This document shows, piece by piece, positions 8,452-16,897 of a stretch of 39,169 nucleotides of DNA. This stretch comes from a virus (taxonomy: Duplodnaviria > Caudoviricetes). A program made the position numbers and the translations under genes. The notes under the pieces are model-generated. The model had not been told where the DNA came from, did no database searches, and saw only the letters and a program-made list of their open reading frames with translations. Positions within the stretch are counted from its first letter, which is position 1, and every line of letters starts with the position of its first letter. The stretch spans positions 1-39,169 of the IMG/VR virus record IMGVR_UViG_3300037657_000283. The stretch is one strand, 5' to 3'.

Positions 8452-8757
8452 ATGCCAGATCAAGACTACAGAAAAAACAGTCGCTTAAATTGGATTTGTA
8501 CCAATCCGCAAACCATGAAAGAGAATTCATACATTTCGCTTGGGTGTCAACTTCGCATCGCGGATTCATTAGAAGGTATTGCAAAAAGCACAAATGATTT
8601 TGCACATATCGCATTGCGAAGGGCTGAACTTGAAGTTGAGAACAAACAACTTCGGAACCAGGTCCGGCAGTTGAAGCGACAACTCAAAGCGGCAAGTGAA
8701 ACCGAAAAGGCAACGACAAGCGGTCCAAAATTCCCATTTAAGAATGATCAACAATGA
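8452..8757 (+). CDS. Hypothetical protein with C-terminal coiled coil
   Basis: GGAG SD; heptad-like ELEVENKQLRNQVRQLKRQLK. Confidence 0.65.
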   Translation: MPDQDYRKNSRLNWICTNPQTMKENSYISLGCQLRIADSLEGIAKSTNDFAHIALRRAELEVENKQLRNQVRQLKRQLKAASETEKATTSGPKFPFKNDQQ

Positions 8758-8951
8758 GCAACGAAACAACCTCTTTACTTGCGTGCATGAAGCGTCATCT
8801 CAGTGACCCTGAATCTATCCCTGTTTCATCTGATGCGGTGATTCTGGAACTGATGCAACGTATCGAAAAACTCGAACACGATGTTGTCGAGCTATCGGCA
8901 CGGATCGAAACACAACGGTCGATGCGGACCATTTTTGGCGTGGAGATTTGA
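8754..8951 (+). CDS. Hypothetical protein
   Basis: ATGA overlap, tight operon packing. Confidence 0.65.
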   Translation: MSNETTSLLACMKRHLSDPESIPVSSDAVILELMQRIEKLEHDVVELSARIETQRSMRTIFGVEI

Positions 8952-9596
8952 GTGATGACACCATACTACCAAGAAAAAAACATCACGATCTATTGCGGTG
9001 ACTCGCGCGAGATACTCCCGACTCTCGAGGTGGACACTGTGATAACCGATCCCCCCTGGCCAGACGCCACCGCGAAGATTGTCGGTATTGATCGACCGTA
9101 TGAGTTGTTCGCGGAAATGTGTGCAGCAATACCGGCGTCAGTCGTGCGGGCCGCAATACATCTCGGATGCAACAGTAATCCCCTGCTGATGATGCCACTC
9201 CAAGAGCGAATGAAGTTTTTTCGTGTGTGTTGGCTTCGTTTGAATGTGCCTTCCAGGCAAGGAAGATTACTCAAAGGGTCGGACGTTGCCTATATGTGGG
9301 GTGTGCCACCACGGTACCGAAAAGGATTAATGCTCATTTCGGGCGAGTCGAATGACACAACCATTGGTAAAAACTCCCCGCACCCTTGCCCACGTAAACT
9401 ATCTCACGTTCGCTGGCTTGTAGAGCGTTGGAGTGACCTTGATGACACTATCGTTGATCCGTTCATGGGCGGGGGAACGACTGTTAAAGCCTGCAAGATA
9501 GCGGGTCGAAAAGTCATCGGCATTGAGATCGAGGAACGCTTCTGCGAGATGGCTGTGAAATCAATCGAACAAAACGTGTTTAACTTCTCGAGGTGA
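8952..9596 (+). CDS. Orphan DNA amino-methyltransferase (N4-C/N6-A), beta class
   Basis: Catalytic TDPPW near the N-terminus, HPCPRK, SAM-binding DPFMGGGTT near the C-terminus, GIEIEERFC. Confidence 0.92.
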   Translation: MMTPYYQEKNITIYCGDSREILPTLEVDTVITDPPWPDATAKIVGIDRPYELFAEMCAAIPASVVRAAIHLGCNSNPLLMMPLQERMKFFRVCWLRLNVPSRQGRLLKGSDVAYMWGVPPRYRKGLMLISGESNDTTIGKNSPHPCPRKLSHVRWLVERWSDLDDTIVDPFMGGGTTVKACKIAGRKVIGIEIEERFCEMAVKSIEQNVFNFSR

Positions 9597-9600
9597 CTAA

Positions 9601-9831
9601 ATGAAGGCCAGAACCCAACACGACAAGACTCACAAACGCAAAGACATATACCCATCTGAAATTGAATTACAGATGGTCGAACGCCTTGCAAAACGCTATG
9701 GCCTGCGGACATTTTCTGAAGTGATGTTAAAGGCATTGAGGGTGCTGGATCGTGTCGATAGGGGTAACGGGATGGAGCTTTACCCGAATGATCACAAGGT
9801 ACTGAAAATTCAAACCACAATTACAGACTGA
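9601..9831 (+). CDS. Probable ribbon-helix-helix protein
   Basis: KRKDIY (beta) followed by ELQMVERLAKRYG-TFSEVMLKAL (two helices). Confidence 0.55.
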   Translation: MKARTQHDKTHKRKDIYPSEIELQMVERLAKRYGLRTFSEVMLKALRVLDRVDRGNGMELYPNDHKVLKIQTTITD

Positions 9832-9841
9832 TGAAACCGAA

Positions 9842-10063
9842 ATGCTCACAATCCTTAATCAATCCAGATGGTACATCTACGTGTTAATCATCGCCACATT
9901 GGGGCCGTATGCCTCAATGAAGGCGTGGTACTACTACCATCAAACGGAGTACCTCAAGGTGATTCTCGAGGCTGAAGACGGGGAGTCTATTGAGCTGGTT
10001 ATTGAAGATGGCAAGTTAACTTCTGGCAGATACTTAAAGAAAGCAGATGAGGTGGTGAAATGA
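9842..10063 (+). CDS. Small membrane-anchored hypothetical protein
   Basis: Hydrophobic WYIYVLIIATLGPY segment. Confidence 0.6.
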   Translation: MLTILNQSRWYIYVLIIATLGPYASMKAWYYYHQTEYLKVILEAEDGESIELVIEDGKLTSGRYLKKADEVVK

Positions 10064-10245
10064 GTAGTACACCGAATTGGAAATACACAAAGACCCATAA
10101 ACCTAATCATTACGTGCGAGTGGAAGTCATAGATAAAGCATACGGAAGAAAGTTGAATATCCCGTATGTGTTTAATGGAACCAATTGGTTTACCGAAGAT
10201 GGTGAACTCAAGAATCCACCTTGGAAATGGAAATACACATATTGA
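10060..10245 (+). CDS. Hypothetical protein
   Basis: GAGG SD, ATGA overlap, Trp-rich small phage protein. Confidence 0.6.
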   Translation: MSSTPNWKYTKTHKPNHYVRVEVIDKAYGRKLNIPYVFNGTNWFTEDGELKNPPWKWKYTY

Positions 10246-10298
10246 CTTTTCTAGAAACGTGAAGCAGTTGACGGCAGTTAAGTGAAGCGGGTGAAACT

Positions 10299-10412
10299 AT
10301 GAATGAGCTGTGTCTGTTTGCCGGAGCTGGCGGGATGTTACCAGGTGGGCAAGTTTCAATCGTGGCAGCAACTGCATTCCGAATTCTTCAGCAACGATTA
10401 GAGGGGGAGTGA
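10299..10412 (+). pseudogene. Internally deleted C5-cytosine DNA methyltransferase remnant (37 aa)
   Basis: Translates as MNELCLFAGAGGMLPGGQVSIVAATAFRILQQRLEGE: motif I (LFAGAGG) joined directly to the motif X tail (GQV..VAA.AFRIL). Confidence 0.8.
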
Positions 10413-10415
10413 ATA

Positions 10416-10589
10416 ATGGATGTGTTTAACCATGAATTAAACAAGTTCAAAGTGCCTAACGCTGACGAATTGCGTTTCGCTATCTGGTGGATCGGCGTGA
10501 AGCACATCTTCCATAATAATTATACTTTTCAAGACATTCATTTTGCCTATTCGCAGACGGTTTTAGATTTAGCACTGGCGGGGTTCTGA
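10416..10589 (+). CDS. Possible 57 aa hypothetical protein
   Basis: GGGGAG SD upstream of ATG; below the ORF-track cutoff. Confidence 0.4.
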   Translation: MDVFNHELNKFKVPNADELRFAIWWIGVKHIFHNNYTFQDIHFAYSQTVLDLALAGF

Positions 10590-10709
10590 TGCGAAACATG
10601 AGCTTTATGAACCGAATCGAGTTCCAATACGTTCCCGGTGGAAATCTGGAAAAATAGTCGCTACTAAACGCCACAAAACAGGAATAAATCAACTTAAAGG
10701 AGAAACGCA

Positions 10710-11204
10710 ATGAGCAACGAAACTGAAGCAACGACCACACCAGAACCTAACAGTTGCCGCGTGGTGACTGTGCCTGAGTTGTGGGGGATTGGAAGGGATG
10801 AACCACTAGGGGAGATGTTCTTAGACCGCGAAGAGGCCGAGGAACATTACAAACGACAAGCCGGCCATTTTCCTAGTAGTTATCGTCATGGTGGATGGGC
10901 ATTGTTACGCGTCGTCACGGCTCCACTGCCAGAAAAGAAAACACCCATCACGCGGGAATACTTCGAGACTGGGCTTGAGTTACGGGATAACTGGGAGAAA
11001 GAGGATAGGTCAGAAGAAGGTTACATGGTCTACTTTCATTTACATAATGAAATCTCAGTTGCGTTTTGTCTTGATAGTGGAATTGGAGAAAATTCAGGTC
11101 AAGTTAATGTTGAAGATGAAAATGGGGAAATTGTTATCCTCAAGAATATTAACACCGTCGAGAAGCTTGAGGCCCTGGTGGCTTTGCTCGGGGGTGAGGC
11201 GTGA
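10710..11204 (+). CDS. Hypothetical acidic protein
   Basis: Strong SD AAGGAG. Confidence 0.75.
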   Translation: MSNETEATTTPEPNSCRVVTVPELWGIGRDEPLGEMFLDREEAEEHYKRQAGHFPSSYRHGGWALLRVVTAPLPEKKTPITREYFETGLELRDNWEKEDRSEEGYMVYFHLHNEISVAFCLDSGIGENSGQVNVEDENGEIVILKNINTVEKLEALVALLGGEA

Positions 11205-11428
11205 GTGAAGATCAACCCCCAGCATATGATGATGATCCGCTCACTAAGGCCCGAGAAAAAAGGGCCAACAACCAACTTTACAGAATCTTGACATTGGGTT
11301 TTTTGTGGTTTTCCACCCTTATTGCTTTTGCTACCACAGCGGGAATTCGTGTTGAGAATGAAAAGCGACAGCTAGTACAGCAAATACAAGAGCTAAAAAA
11401 GACTATCGAAGTATTGGAGGGCCGATGA
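11201..11428 (+). CDS. Small membrane protein with coiled-coil tail
   Basis: One TM segment (ILTLGFLWFSTLIAFATTAGI); GTGA overlap. Confidence 0.7.
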   Translation: MSEDQPPAYDDDPLTKAREKRANNQLYRILTLGFLWFSTLIAFATTAGIRVENEKRQLVQQIQELKKTIEVLEGR

Positions 11429-11751
11429 CCGCGACGCTAAACATAACTGATCTCATGAAAGCGTGTGCGGGCGAGCATATTTACGCGGAAATTCTCCATG
11501 CCTTACCTGGCGGGTTTAGTCGCCGGTGTTATCTGGAGTACGTGGTAAACAGAAAACAAGCAATAAAACTCAACGAGGCTAACAGCCGCGCGGGGATGTA
11601 TAAACCGGGCGACCTGTGCTGTCGGTTCTTTACACTGGAGGATGTCTTGGTCGCAGCCAAGGCTTATTGCGAGAAAGAGGGGATTGACCTGCTGGTTGAT
11701 TACCTCGATCCGGAGAAAGTTTACTTTGATCGCACAGCGAAGGCGGTTTAA
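11425..11751 (+). CDS. Hypothetical protein
   Basis: GGAGG SD, ATGA overlap. Confidence 0.7.
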   Translation: MTATLNITDLMKACAGEHIYAEILHALPGGFSRRCYLEYVVNRKQAIKLNEANSRAGMYKPGDLCCRFFTLEDVLVAAKAYCEKEGIDLLVDYLDPEKVYFDRTAKAV

Positions 11752-11779
11752 CACCCAGCACACTAATGAAGAGTTACAC

Positions 11780-12394
11780 ATGACAAAACGTAAACCAAAA
11801 CGCCAGCGTTCAATCAACGGTCACATCATCGCACCATACACCGTCATCATCGACACGCGCGAACAACACCCGTTCGGCTTCCAAAACTTCTCTGCCGATG
11901 CAGCAGACGGTGGCGGTCCATTAGTCATTCCCACAACGGCAAAAGCACTTCACGCCGGAGATTATTCACTCGTTGGATTTGAATCTCGTGTCGCAGTTGA
12001 ACGGAAATCATTACCAGACCTGTACGGGACATTCGTTGGCGACCGAGAACGTGGAATCAAGCAACTGGAGAAACTCGCACAACTCGAATTTGCAACGGTC
12101 GTCGTCGAGGCTGATTGGCATTCCATCCTGTACTGCAACGACTGCACAGACATTCAAAAACACTGGCGAAATCCGAAGACGTTGTTCAGGTCCATTCTCG
12201 CATGGCAGCAACGATTCCCAAAAATTCACTGGCTGACACTGAACGACAGGCGAACAGCAGAGCATGCAACGTTACGAATCCTAGAGCGTTTCTGGATTGA
12301 TGATTTTCGAAAGCAAGAGGAACTAAAGGAAATGGAGACTGTGCCACATCTTGTGCTGAAAACATCAAATTCTACGATGGACCTTGATCGTTGA
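11780..12394 (+). CDS. ERCC4/XPF-family nuclease
   Basis: VIIDTREQ...GDYSL...VAVERKSLPDL signature; ATG 11780 avoids overlap with the upstream gene. Confidence 0.9.
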   Translation: MTKRKPKRQRSINGHIIAPYTVIIDTREQHPFGFQNFSADAADGGGPLVIPTTAKALHAGDYSLVGFESRVAVERKSLPDLYGTFVGDRERGIKQLEKLAQLEFATVVVEADWHSILYCNDCTDIQKHWRNPKTLFRSILAWQQRFPKIHWLTLNDRRTAEHATLRILERFWIDDFRKQEELKEMETVPHLVLKTSNSTMDLDR

Positions 12395-12421
12395 TCCTGC
12401 TTTAATATCGCTTCATTTCAA

Positions 12422-12489
12422 TCGATTCTCTTCAATGACGAAGGGCTTTTTTATCTCGATTCTCTTCAATGACGAAGGGATTTTTTATC
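12422..12489 (+). repeat. 34 bp tandem duplication, each unit a hairpin plus T-tract
   Basis: TCGATTCTCTTCAATGACGAAGGG(C/A)TTTTTTATC at 12422 and 12456, one mismatch. Confidence 0.9.
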
Positions 12490-12504
12490 TAAAAATCTCG
12501 ACGC

Positions 12505-14823
12505 ATGGAAGTTTCGTCAATGCCTCACGATATCATCTATCCAATCTTGGCGAAGCTCGATAACGTCCAGCGTACCAATGATAATCAGTGGTCTGCACGT
12601 TGCCCTATTCACGACGATTCAACAAATTCACTTGGTGTCTCAACCGGCAAAGATGGGCGGGCCTTGCTGCACTGTCACGCATGTGGCAAAGAAAAATTGC
12701 TCGATATCATGATTGCTGTCAACGCCAAATGGACCGATTTGCACCCGCAATCTACGCAGGCGAAATCACACAACAAACGTGATTCAAAAATCGTTGCCGC
12801 TTACGATTATCACAACGAACACGGTCGGTTGGTCTATCAGTCCTGCAGGATGGACCCGAAGGATTTCCGTCAACGCCGACCGGATCCCGATCACCCTGGC
12901 GAGTGGCTCTGGAACATGAAGGGCGTCGAAAAGGTTCCGTATCGGCTTCCTGATTTGATCGCGTCAGAATCAAACATCGTGTTTATCGTCGAAGGTGAAA
13001 AGGACGTTGACAATGTCCGATCGCTGGGCCTGACAGCATCGTGCAACGTCGGCGGTGCCGGTAAATGGCTGGCCAGTTATAACCAATGGTTCAACCGGAA
13101 AATTGTCTACATCCTGCAGGACAACGATACAGCGGGCGAACAGCATGCACATCTAGTAGCGAAACAATTGCATGACGTTGCGCTCGAGGCTCACGTTGTG
13201 TTGCTTCCCGGCCTGCCTGAAAAGGGTGATGTGTCCGATTGGATCGCGAGCAGATCAGATAAAACCAAAGAGGATATAAAAAATGAGTTGATGCAAATCG
13301 CTCAAAATTCCCAGATCTGGAAGCATGATCATAAAGCACTTTTGCGGACTGACGAAAACAGCAACGACACAGCAAACACCACTGACCCGTTTCAGCTCGC
13401 AAGAGAGTACCTGAAATCGCTTGAGCATGAAAATTTCCCCGGCAAGTACACCATTCGCCACTATCTGTCATGCTGGCACCAATGGACCGAAACGGGATTT
13501 ATTGAAGTCCCGGACGATGAATTCAAGGCGAACCTCACCCTTTTTATCGAACAGCAATTTCAAGCACACCACGAAAAGGAGTTGCGGAATCACGCCGTAA
13601 GCAATTCGGGACGTGCACCCAAAAAACTGGAAGTCATTTCATCACTGGTTCGCAACGTAATACTTGCTATCACATCAATCGTAATCATCCCTGCCAATAT
13701 CGTCATGCCTTGCTGGATCGATCAACGATCAAAAGACGATTTCATCTCATGCGAAAACGGGATCGTGAATCTTACAGCATTGTCGACCGACTCAAATTGC
13801 CAATTGTCCGAAATTGTCACGCCTCACACACCCGATTTCTTTTGCCTGAATCACTTACCGTTCCCATATGTTCCAAATGCGACGTTAAACACCTGGAAGC
13901 GATTTTTAGAGGTCAATATCGAAGGCGATGAAAATCGAATCATGCTGCTCCAGGAGTGGTTCGGCTACTGCCTCACGCGAGACACTTCATTCCAAAAATT
14001 CCTGATGATGGAAGGCGAAGGAGCCAACGGAAAATCCGTTATCTGCGCGGTGCTGTCAGCGTTACTAGGAGATCGCAACGTATCATCTGTGCCTCTCGAA
14101 ATCTTCCCGCAACGATTCGCCTTGACTGACACCGTGGGGAAAAATCTGAACATCGCATCAGAGATTGGCGAGCTGGACAAAATCGCTGAGGGGCTGCTGA
14201 AGCAATTCACAGCTGGCGACCGGATGATGTTTGACCGCAAAAACAAAGAACCGATCAACGCAGTTCCGACTGCGAAACTGATCTTAGCAACGAACAACCT
14301 GCCACGTTTCAAGGATCACTCAGACGGCATCTGGCGTCGAATGATCTTATTCCCGCTCAAGGTCCAGATTCCCGCTGAGGATCGCGTACAGGGCATGGAC
14401 AAGGCTTCGTGGTGGCGAGAACAGAACGAACTGTCCGGAATCCTCAATTGGGCCATTGAGGGGCTTGTGAGACTTCGTTCGCAAGGGAAATTCACATCAT
14501 CGGAAATGTGCGATGCTGGCTTAAGTGCGTATCGCAGGGAATCAAACCCAGCTCGGGAATTCCTATCGGAAAATTATCATCCCACGAGTGACAAAAACCA
14601 CACAGTAAAAACAAAGGACGTTTACAGGTCATATCGCTCATACTGTGAGCAACGCGGCTTCAGCCCGACGAATGACGCCAACTTTTCAAAGGAAGTGTAC
14701 AGGACGTTCCCAGCGGTCACGAAAAAGAGAGTTCGCGAGGGCGTGTCATTGCCTTATGTTTACGATGGATTGATTGAGGAGGATGATGTTAAATTAGAGC
14801 GACACAAAGACGCGGCGTTTTGA
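12505..14823 (+). CDS. P4-family primase-helicase (Zn finger, TOPRIM, D5_N, SF3 helicase)
   Basis: CPIHDD..CHAC zinc finger; IVEGEKD and DNDTAG TOPRIM; GEGANGKS Walker A; ATNNLPRF..GIWRR. Confidence 0.93.
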   Translation: MEVSSMPHDIIYPILAKLDNVQRTNDNQWSARCPIHDDSTNSLGVSTGKDGRALLHCHACGKEKLLDIMIAVNAKWTDLHPQSTQAKSHNKRDSKIVAAYDYHNEHGRLVYQSCRMDPKDFRQRRPDPDHPGEWLWNMKGVEKVPYRLPDLIASESNIVFIVEGEKDVDNVRSLGLTASCNVGGAGKWLASYNQWFNRKIVYILQDNDTAGEQHAHLVAKQLHDVALEAHVVLLPGLPEKGDVSDWIASRSDKTKEDIKNELMQIAQNSQIWKHDHKALLRTDENSNDTANTTDPFQLAREYLKSLEHENFPGKYTIRHYLSCWHQWTETGFIEVPDDEFKANLTLFIEQQFQAHHEKELRNHAVSNSGRAPKKLEVISSLVRNVILAITSIVIIPANIVMPCWIDQRSKDDFISCENGIVNLTALSTDSNCQLSEIVTPHTPDFFCLNHLPFPYVPNATLNTWKRFLEVNIEGDENRIMLLQEWFGYCLTRDTSFQKFLMMEGEGANGKSVICAVLSALLGDRNVSSVPLEIFPQRFALTDTVGKNLNIASEIGELDKIAEGLLKQFTAGDRMMFDRKNKEPINAVPTAKLILATNNLPRFKDHSDGIWRRMILFPLKVQIPAEDRVQGMDKASWWREQNELSGILNWAIEGLVRLRSQGKFTSSEMCDAGLSAYRRESNPAREFLSENYHPTSDKNHTVKTKDVYRSYRSYCEQRGFSPTNDANFSKEVYRTFPAVTKKRVREGVSLPYVYDGLIEEDDVKLERHKDAAF

Positions 14824-14870
14824 AATTTGTGTTCAAAAGAAATCCTCACCCCACCAGCTTGCAGTGTCGT

Positions 14871-14895
14871 CCTGCCCCGGATTGAAGGGGGCGGG
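14871..14895. terminator. GC-rich hairpin between convergent transcription units
   Basis: CCTGCCCC...GGGGCGGG stem; no clear U-tract. Confidence 0.35.
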
Positions 14896-14930
14896 CCGGG
14901 TGAGGTGAGGGTGTGACGTTTCAGTTGGGA

Positions 14931-15161
14931 CTAAGGACCACTTTTCGTAAACGGCCCAGAATTCCAGTCCCTTGCAGATTCTTCCATTTCCTCGGCGGAC
15001 GCTTCATTTTCCCACCCAAAAGAACCCCTGCGGTAACTTAAGTCGGCATCTTCAGAAAGCCCAAAAATGCCCTTTAACTCTGAATCTGTAGGTTCAGTGT
15101 CCCATCGGTAAATCTCATAGCCGTAAACATCTCTGGCGACGAATATTTCTTTTGTCTTCAT
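14931..15161 (-). CDS. Small acidic hypothetical protein
   Basis: AGGA SD within a repeated leader; Glu/Asp-rich. Confidence 0.75.
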   Translation of the reverse strand: MKTKEIFVARDVYGYEIYRWDTEPTDSELKGIFGLSEDADLSYRRGSFGWENEASAEEMEESARDWNSGPFTKSGP

Positions 15162-15238
15162 GTTTCAATCCTGCCCTGCAAGGGCTGTTGTGTGTTAAAA
15201 GATGCCCAGCCTCGCGTGAGACTGGGCTGTGAGAGTGA

Positions 15239-15469
15239 TCAGCGGGCCATTACAGCGTTGATTGCGTCAGTCATGTCTGACTGATCCATATTGAGTGTCA
15301 CATCTGACATTTCAACAATACCATCTGTCTCGTTGCAAAAAATACAGCTTGCACCGGCTGGATGCGTGTTACTGACAAGCACTTCGCCGGTCGAATCAAC
15401 ATACACGCCTTCGTTTTGGCTCAGGGTGACGGCTTCGATTTCTTTGATAATTTGAGTAACAGTCTTCAT
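15239..15469 (-). CDS. Small acidic hypothetical protein
   Basis: AAGGA SD within a repeated leader; acidic, CxxC. Confidence 0.75.
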   Translation of the reverse strand: MKTVTQIIKEIEAVTLSQNEGVYVDSTGEVLVSNTHPAGASCIFCNETDGIVEMSDVTLNMDQSDMTDAINAVMAR

Positions 15470-15552
15470 TGTTCAATCCTTTTTCCCCTGCAAGGGGGTT
15501 GTGAGTTTCGGGCGGCTCGAATGTCTTGCCTGTCCCCTCGTCTCATGTAATA

Positions 15553-15584
15553 ACTATATCGGTCATGCTATTGCATTGCAATAG
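15553..15584 (-). promoter_or_regulatory. Sigma70 promoter with palindromic operator over the -35
   Basis: Minus strand TTGCAA-17 bp-TATAGT; perfect inverted repeat CTATTGCA-T-TGCAATAG at 15568-15584. Confidence 0.75.
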
Positions 15585-15601
15585 TTAATCACACCAAAAT
15601 G

Positions 15602-16057
15602 TTATTTTTTGGTAACTTTCTTTTTTGCTCGTGATTTCAGGCTTTTTTCTGTGATACCAGCCATGTCGGGATTGCCAACCTGCACGGGAGCGAGGCCGAT
15701 TTTGCCCCGAATATAATTGCTCACGCTCACCCCAGCAGCCTTGGCAGCCTTGTCCAGCTCAGCTTTTTCAGCTTCAGACGATGCCGCCACAATCCACTGA
15801 TTCCGTTTCGTTGCCATTTCCGCTCCAATATCTGATCCGCAATAAAGACAGTTGCAGCTGCCCACAACATTGTACACACGTCGCCCATGAGGCTCGATCT
15901 TGTACTCCAACGATGTCCCATCATCCACGATCTGATTGAGTAATCGCAGCACCTGGCGAGACGCCAAGCCCAGGTGCTCACTCATCTGCTTGAGTGTGAG
16001 ATCCTTGGTCGTCGCCAGCATTACTGCGAGTCGCAATTTCGATTTGTCAACAGGCAT
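15602..16057 (-). CDS. Two-domain DNA-binding protein (N-terminal wHTH, C-terminal RHH-like)
   Basis: LTLKQMSEHLGLASRQVLRLL HTH; CxCxxC linker; EKAELDKAAKAAGVSVSNYIR RHH-like; AAGGA SD. Confidence 0.7.
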   Translation of the reverse strand: MPVDKSKLRLAVMLATTKDLTLKQMSEHLGLASRQVLRLLNQIVDDGTSLEYKIEPHGRRVYNVVGSCNCLYCGSDIGAEMATKRNQWIVAASSEAEKAELDKAAKAAGVSVSNYIRGKIGLAPVQVGNPDMAGITEKSLKSRAKKKVTKK

Positions 16058-16339
16058 GTGATTTCCTTTTTGGTGCCATCATACGCACGCACACTGCCAG
16101 ATCATGTCAGGCCTGAGAGAGATTATCAAGCAATATCTTTGCATTACGTTGCTTCCACCTAATCCACCCGTAAAGATTATTTGAGATATTTTACTGAGAA
16201 ATTCCCTTGGATCATTTCTTTTTGGCCACTCAAAATTTCCATACTGCGATCACCAGAAATCTGTCCAAGGGGGATTAGCGAACCGTTTTAGTCGTATATC
16301 ATTGATATGAAATATCTTACAAGAAAAACATACACAATC

Positions 16340-16536
16340 TGTTCCAAGCTGTTCTAGGTAATTCCTAATTGATTCAAAAAGTAAAATGGTAAAATATATC
16401 TCAATTCGTTATGAGAGTGTTTAATATTCAATAAAAGCATACTACCGAATAGTAAAGAATCTCATAGTAAATTGAGAAAAAAAGAGGTCATTTCTACTTT
16501 CTAAGATGTAGGGAAATGGCTAGAACAATTGGAACA
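16340..16536. repeat. ~197 bp imperfect inverted repeat in AT-rich noncoding DNA
   Basis: Nested symmetric blocks sharing a centre near 16438. Confidence 0.8.
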
Positions 16537-16752
16537 AACTTTTGAGCCATGGTGCACAACATGAGATTATTTACACGCACATAAATATAGATTTTTATTC
16601 CCACTAAATCGCGATCATCCCGCATGCAATCCATTCGTTCGGCATGGAAGAGTTGTGTTGAACGACTGGTCGATGATCAACCATTGCTCTGGGCGACCTC
16701 TTTAGGTTCTTTTTCGTGTTTACCTCTCCCCTGACACCAAACCGAAGAGTCA

Positions 16753-16772
16753 AAAATAGCGATCACCATTAT
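16753..16772. promoter_or_regulatory. 20 bp operator-like site, copy 1
   Basis: AAAATAGCGATCACCATTAT, 18/20 identical to the reverse complement of 22795-22814. Confidence 0.7.
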
Positions 16773-16826
16773 TTATTTCGTCGAGCATTTATTTTGAATT
16801 TGTTTTGTTATTTTCGCGATCAGAGA

Positions 16827-16854
16827 TTGACAATATGATTTCATGATGTTTAAT
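16827..16854 (+). promoter_or_regulatory. Candidate late promoter
   Basis: Perfect TTGACA, 16 bp spacer, TTTAAT. Confidence 0.55.
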
Positions 16855-16897
16855 CATTTGGGTACAAACTGACTTTGTGTCAGATCATTTTGCCAAT

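Noticed and set aside
8079-9596. HNH plus methyltransferase as a restriction-modification pair
   Set aside because: They are separated by two genes, the HNH is of the common phage homing type, and orphan MTases are routine in phages
11642-11779. Extended N-terminus of the ERCC4 ORF
   Set aside because: Overlaps the upstream gene by 110 nt; ATG 11780 is more plausible
12422-12489. 34 bp hairpin repeat as a mini-CRISPR array
   Set aside because: The copies abut with no spacer, and no cas genes are present
15173-15185. GCCCT/AGGGC stem identical to the lambda boxB stem
   Set aside because: The loop is 3 nt rather than a GNRA-like pentaloop, and no boxA or N-like gene is seen
16691-16700. GGGCGACCTC resembles the end of lambda cosN (GGGCGGCGACCT)
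   Set aside because: Only a 9 nt match and no cosQ-like sequence at the proper upstream position; cos may be in this intergenic region but cannot be placed without end mapping
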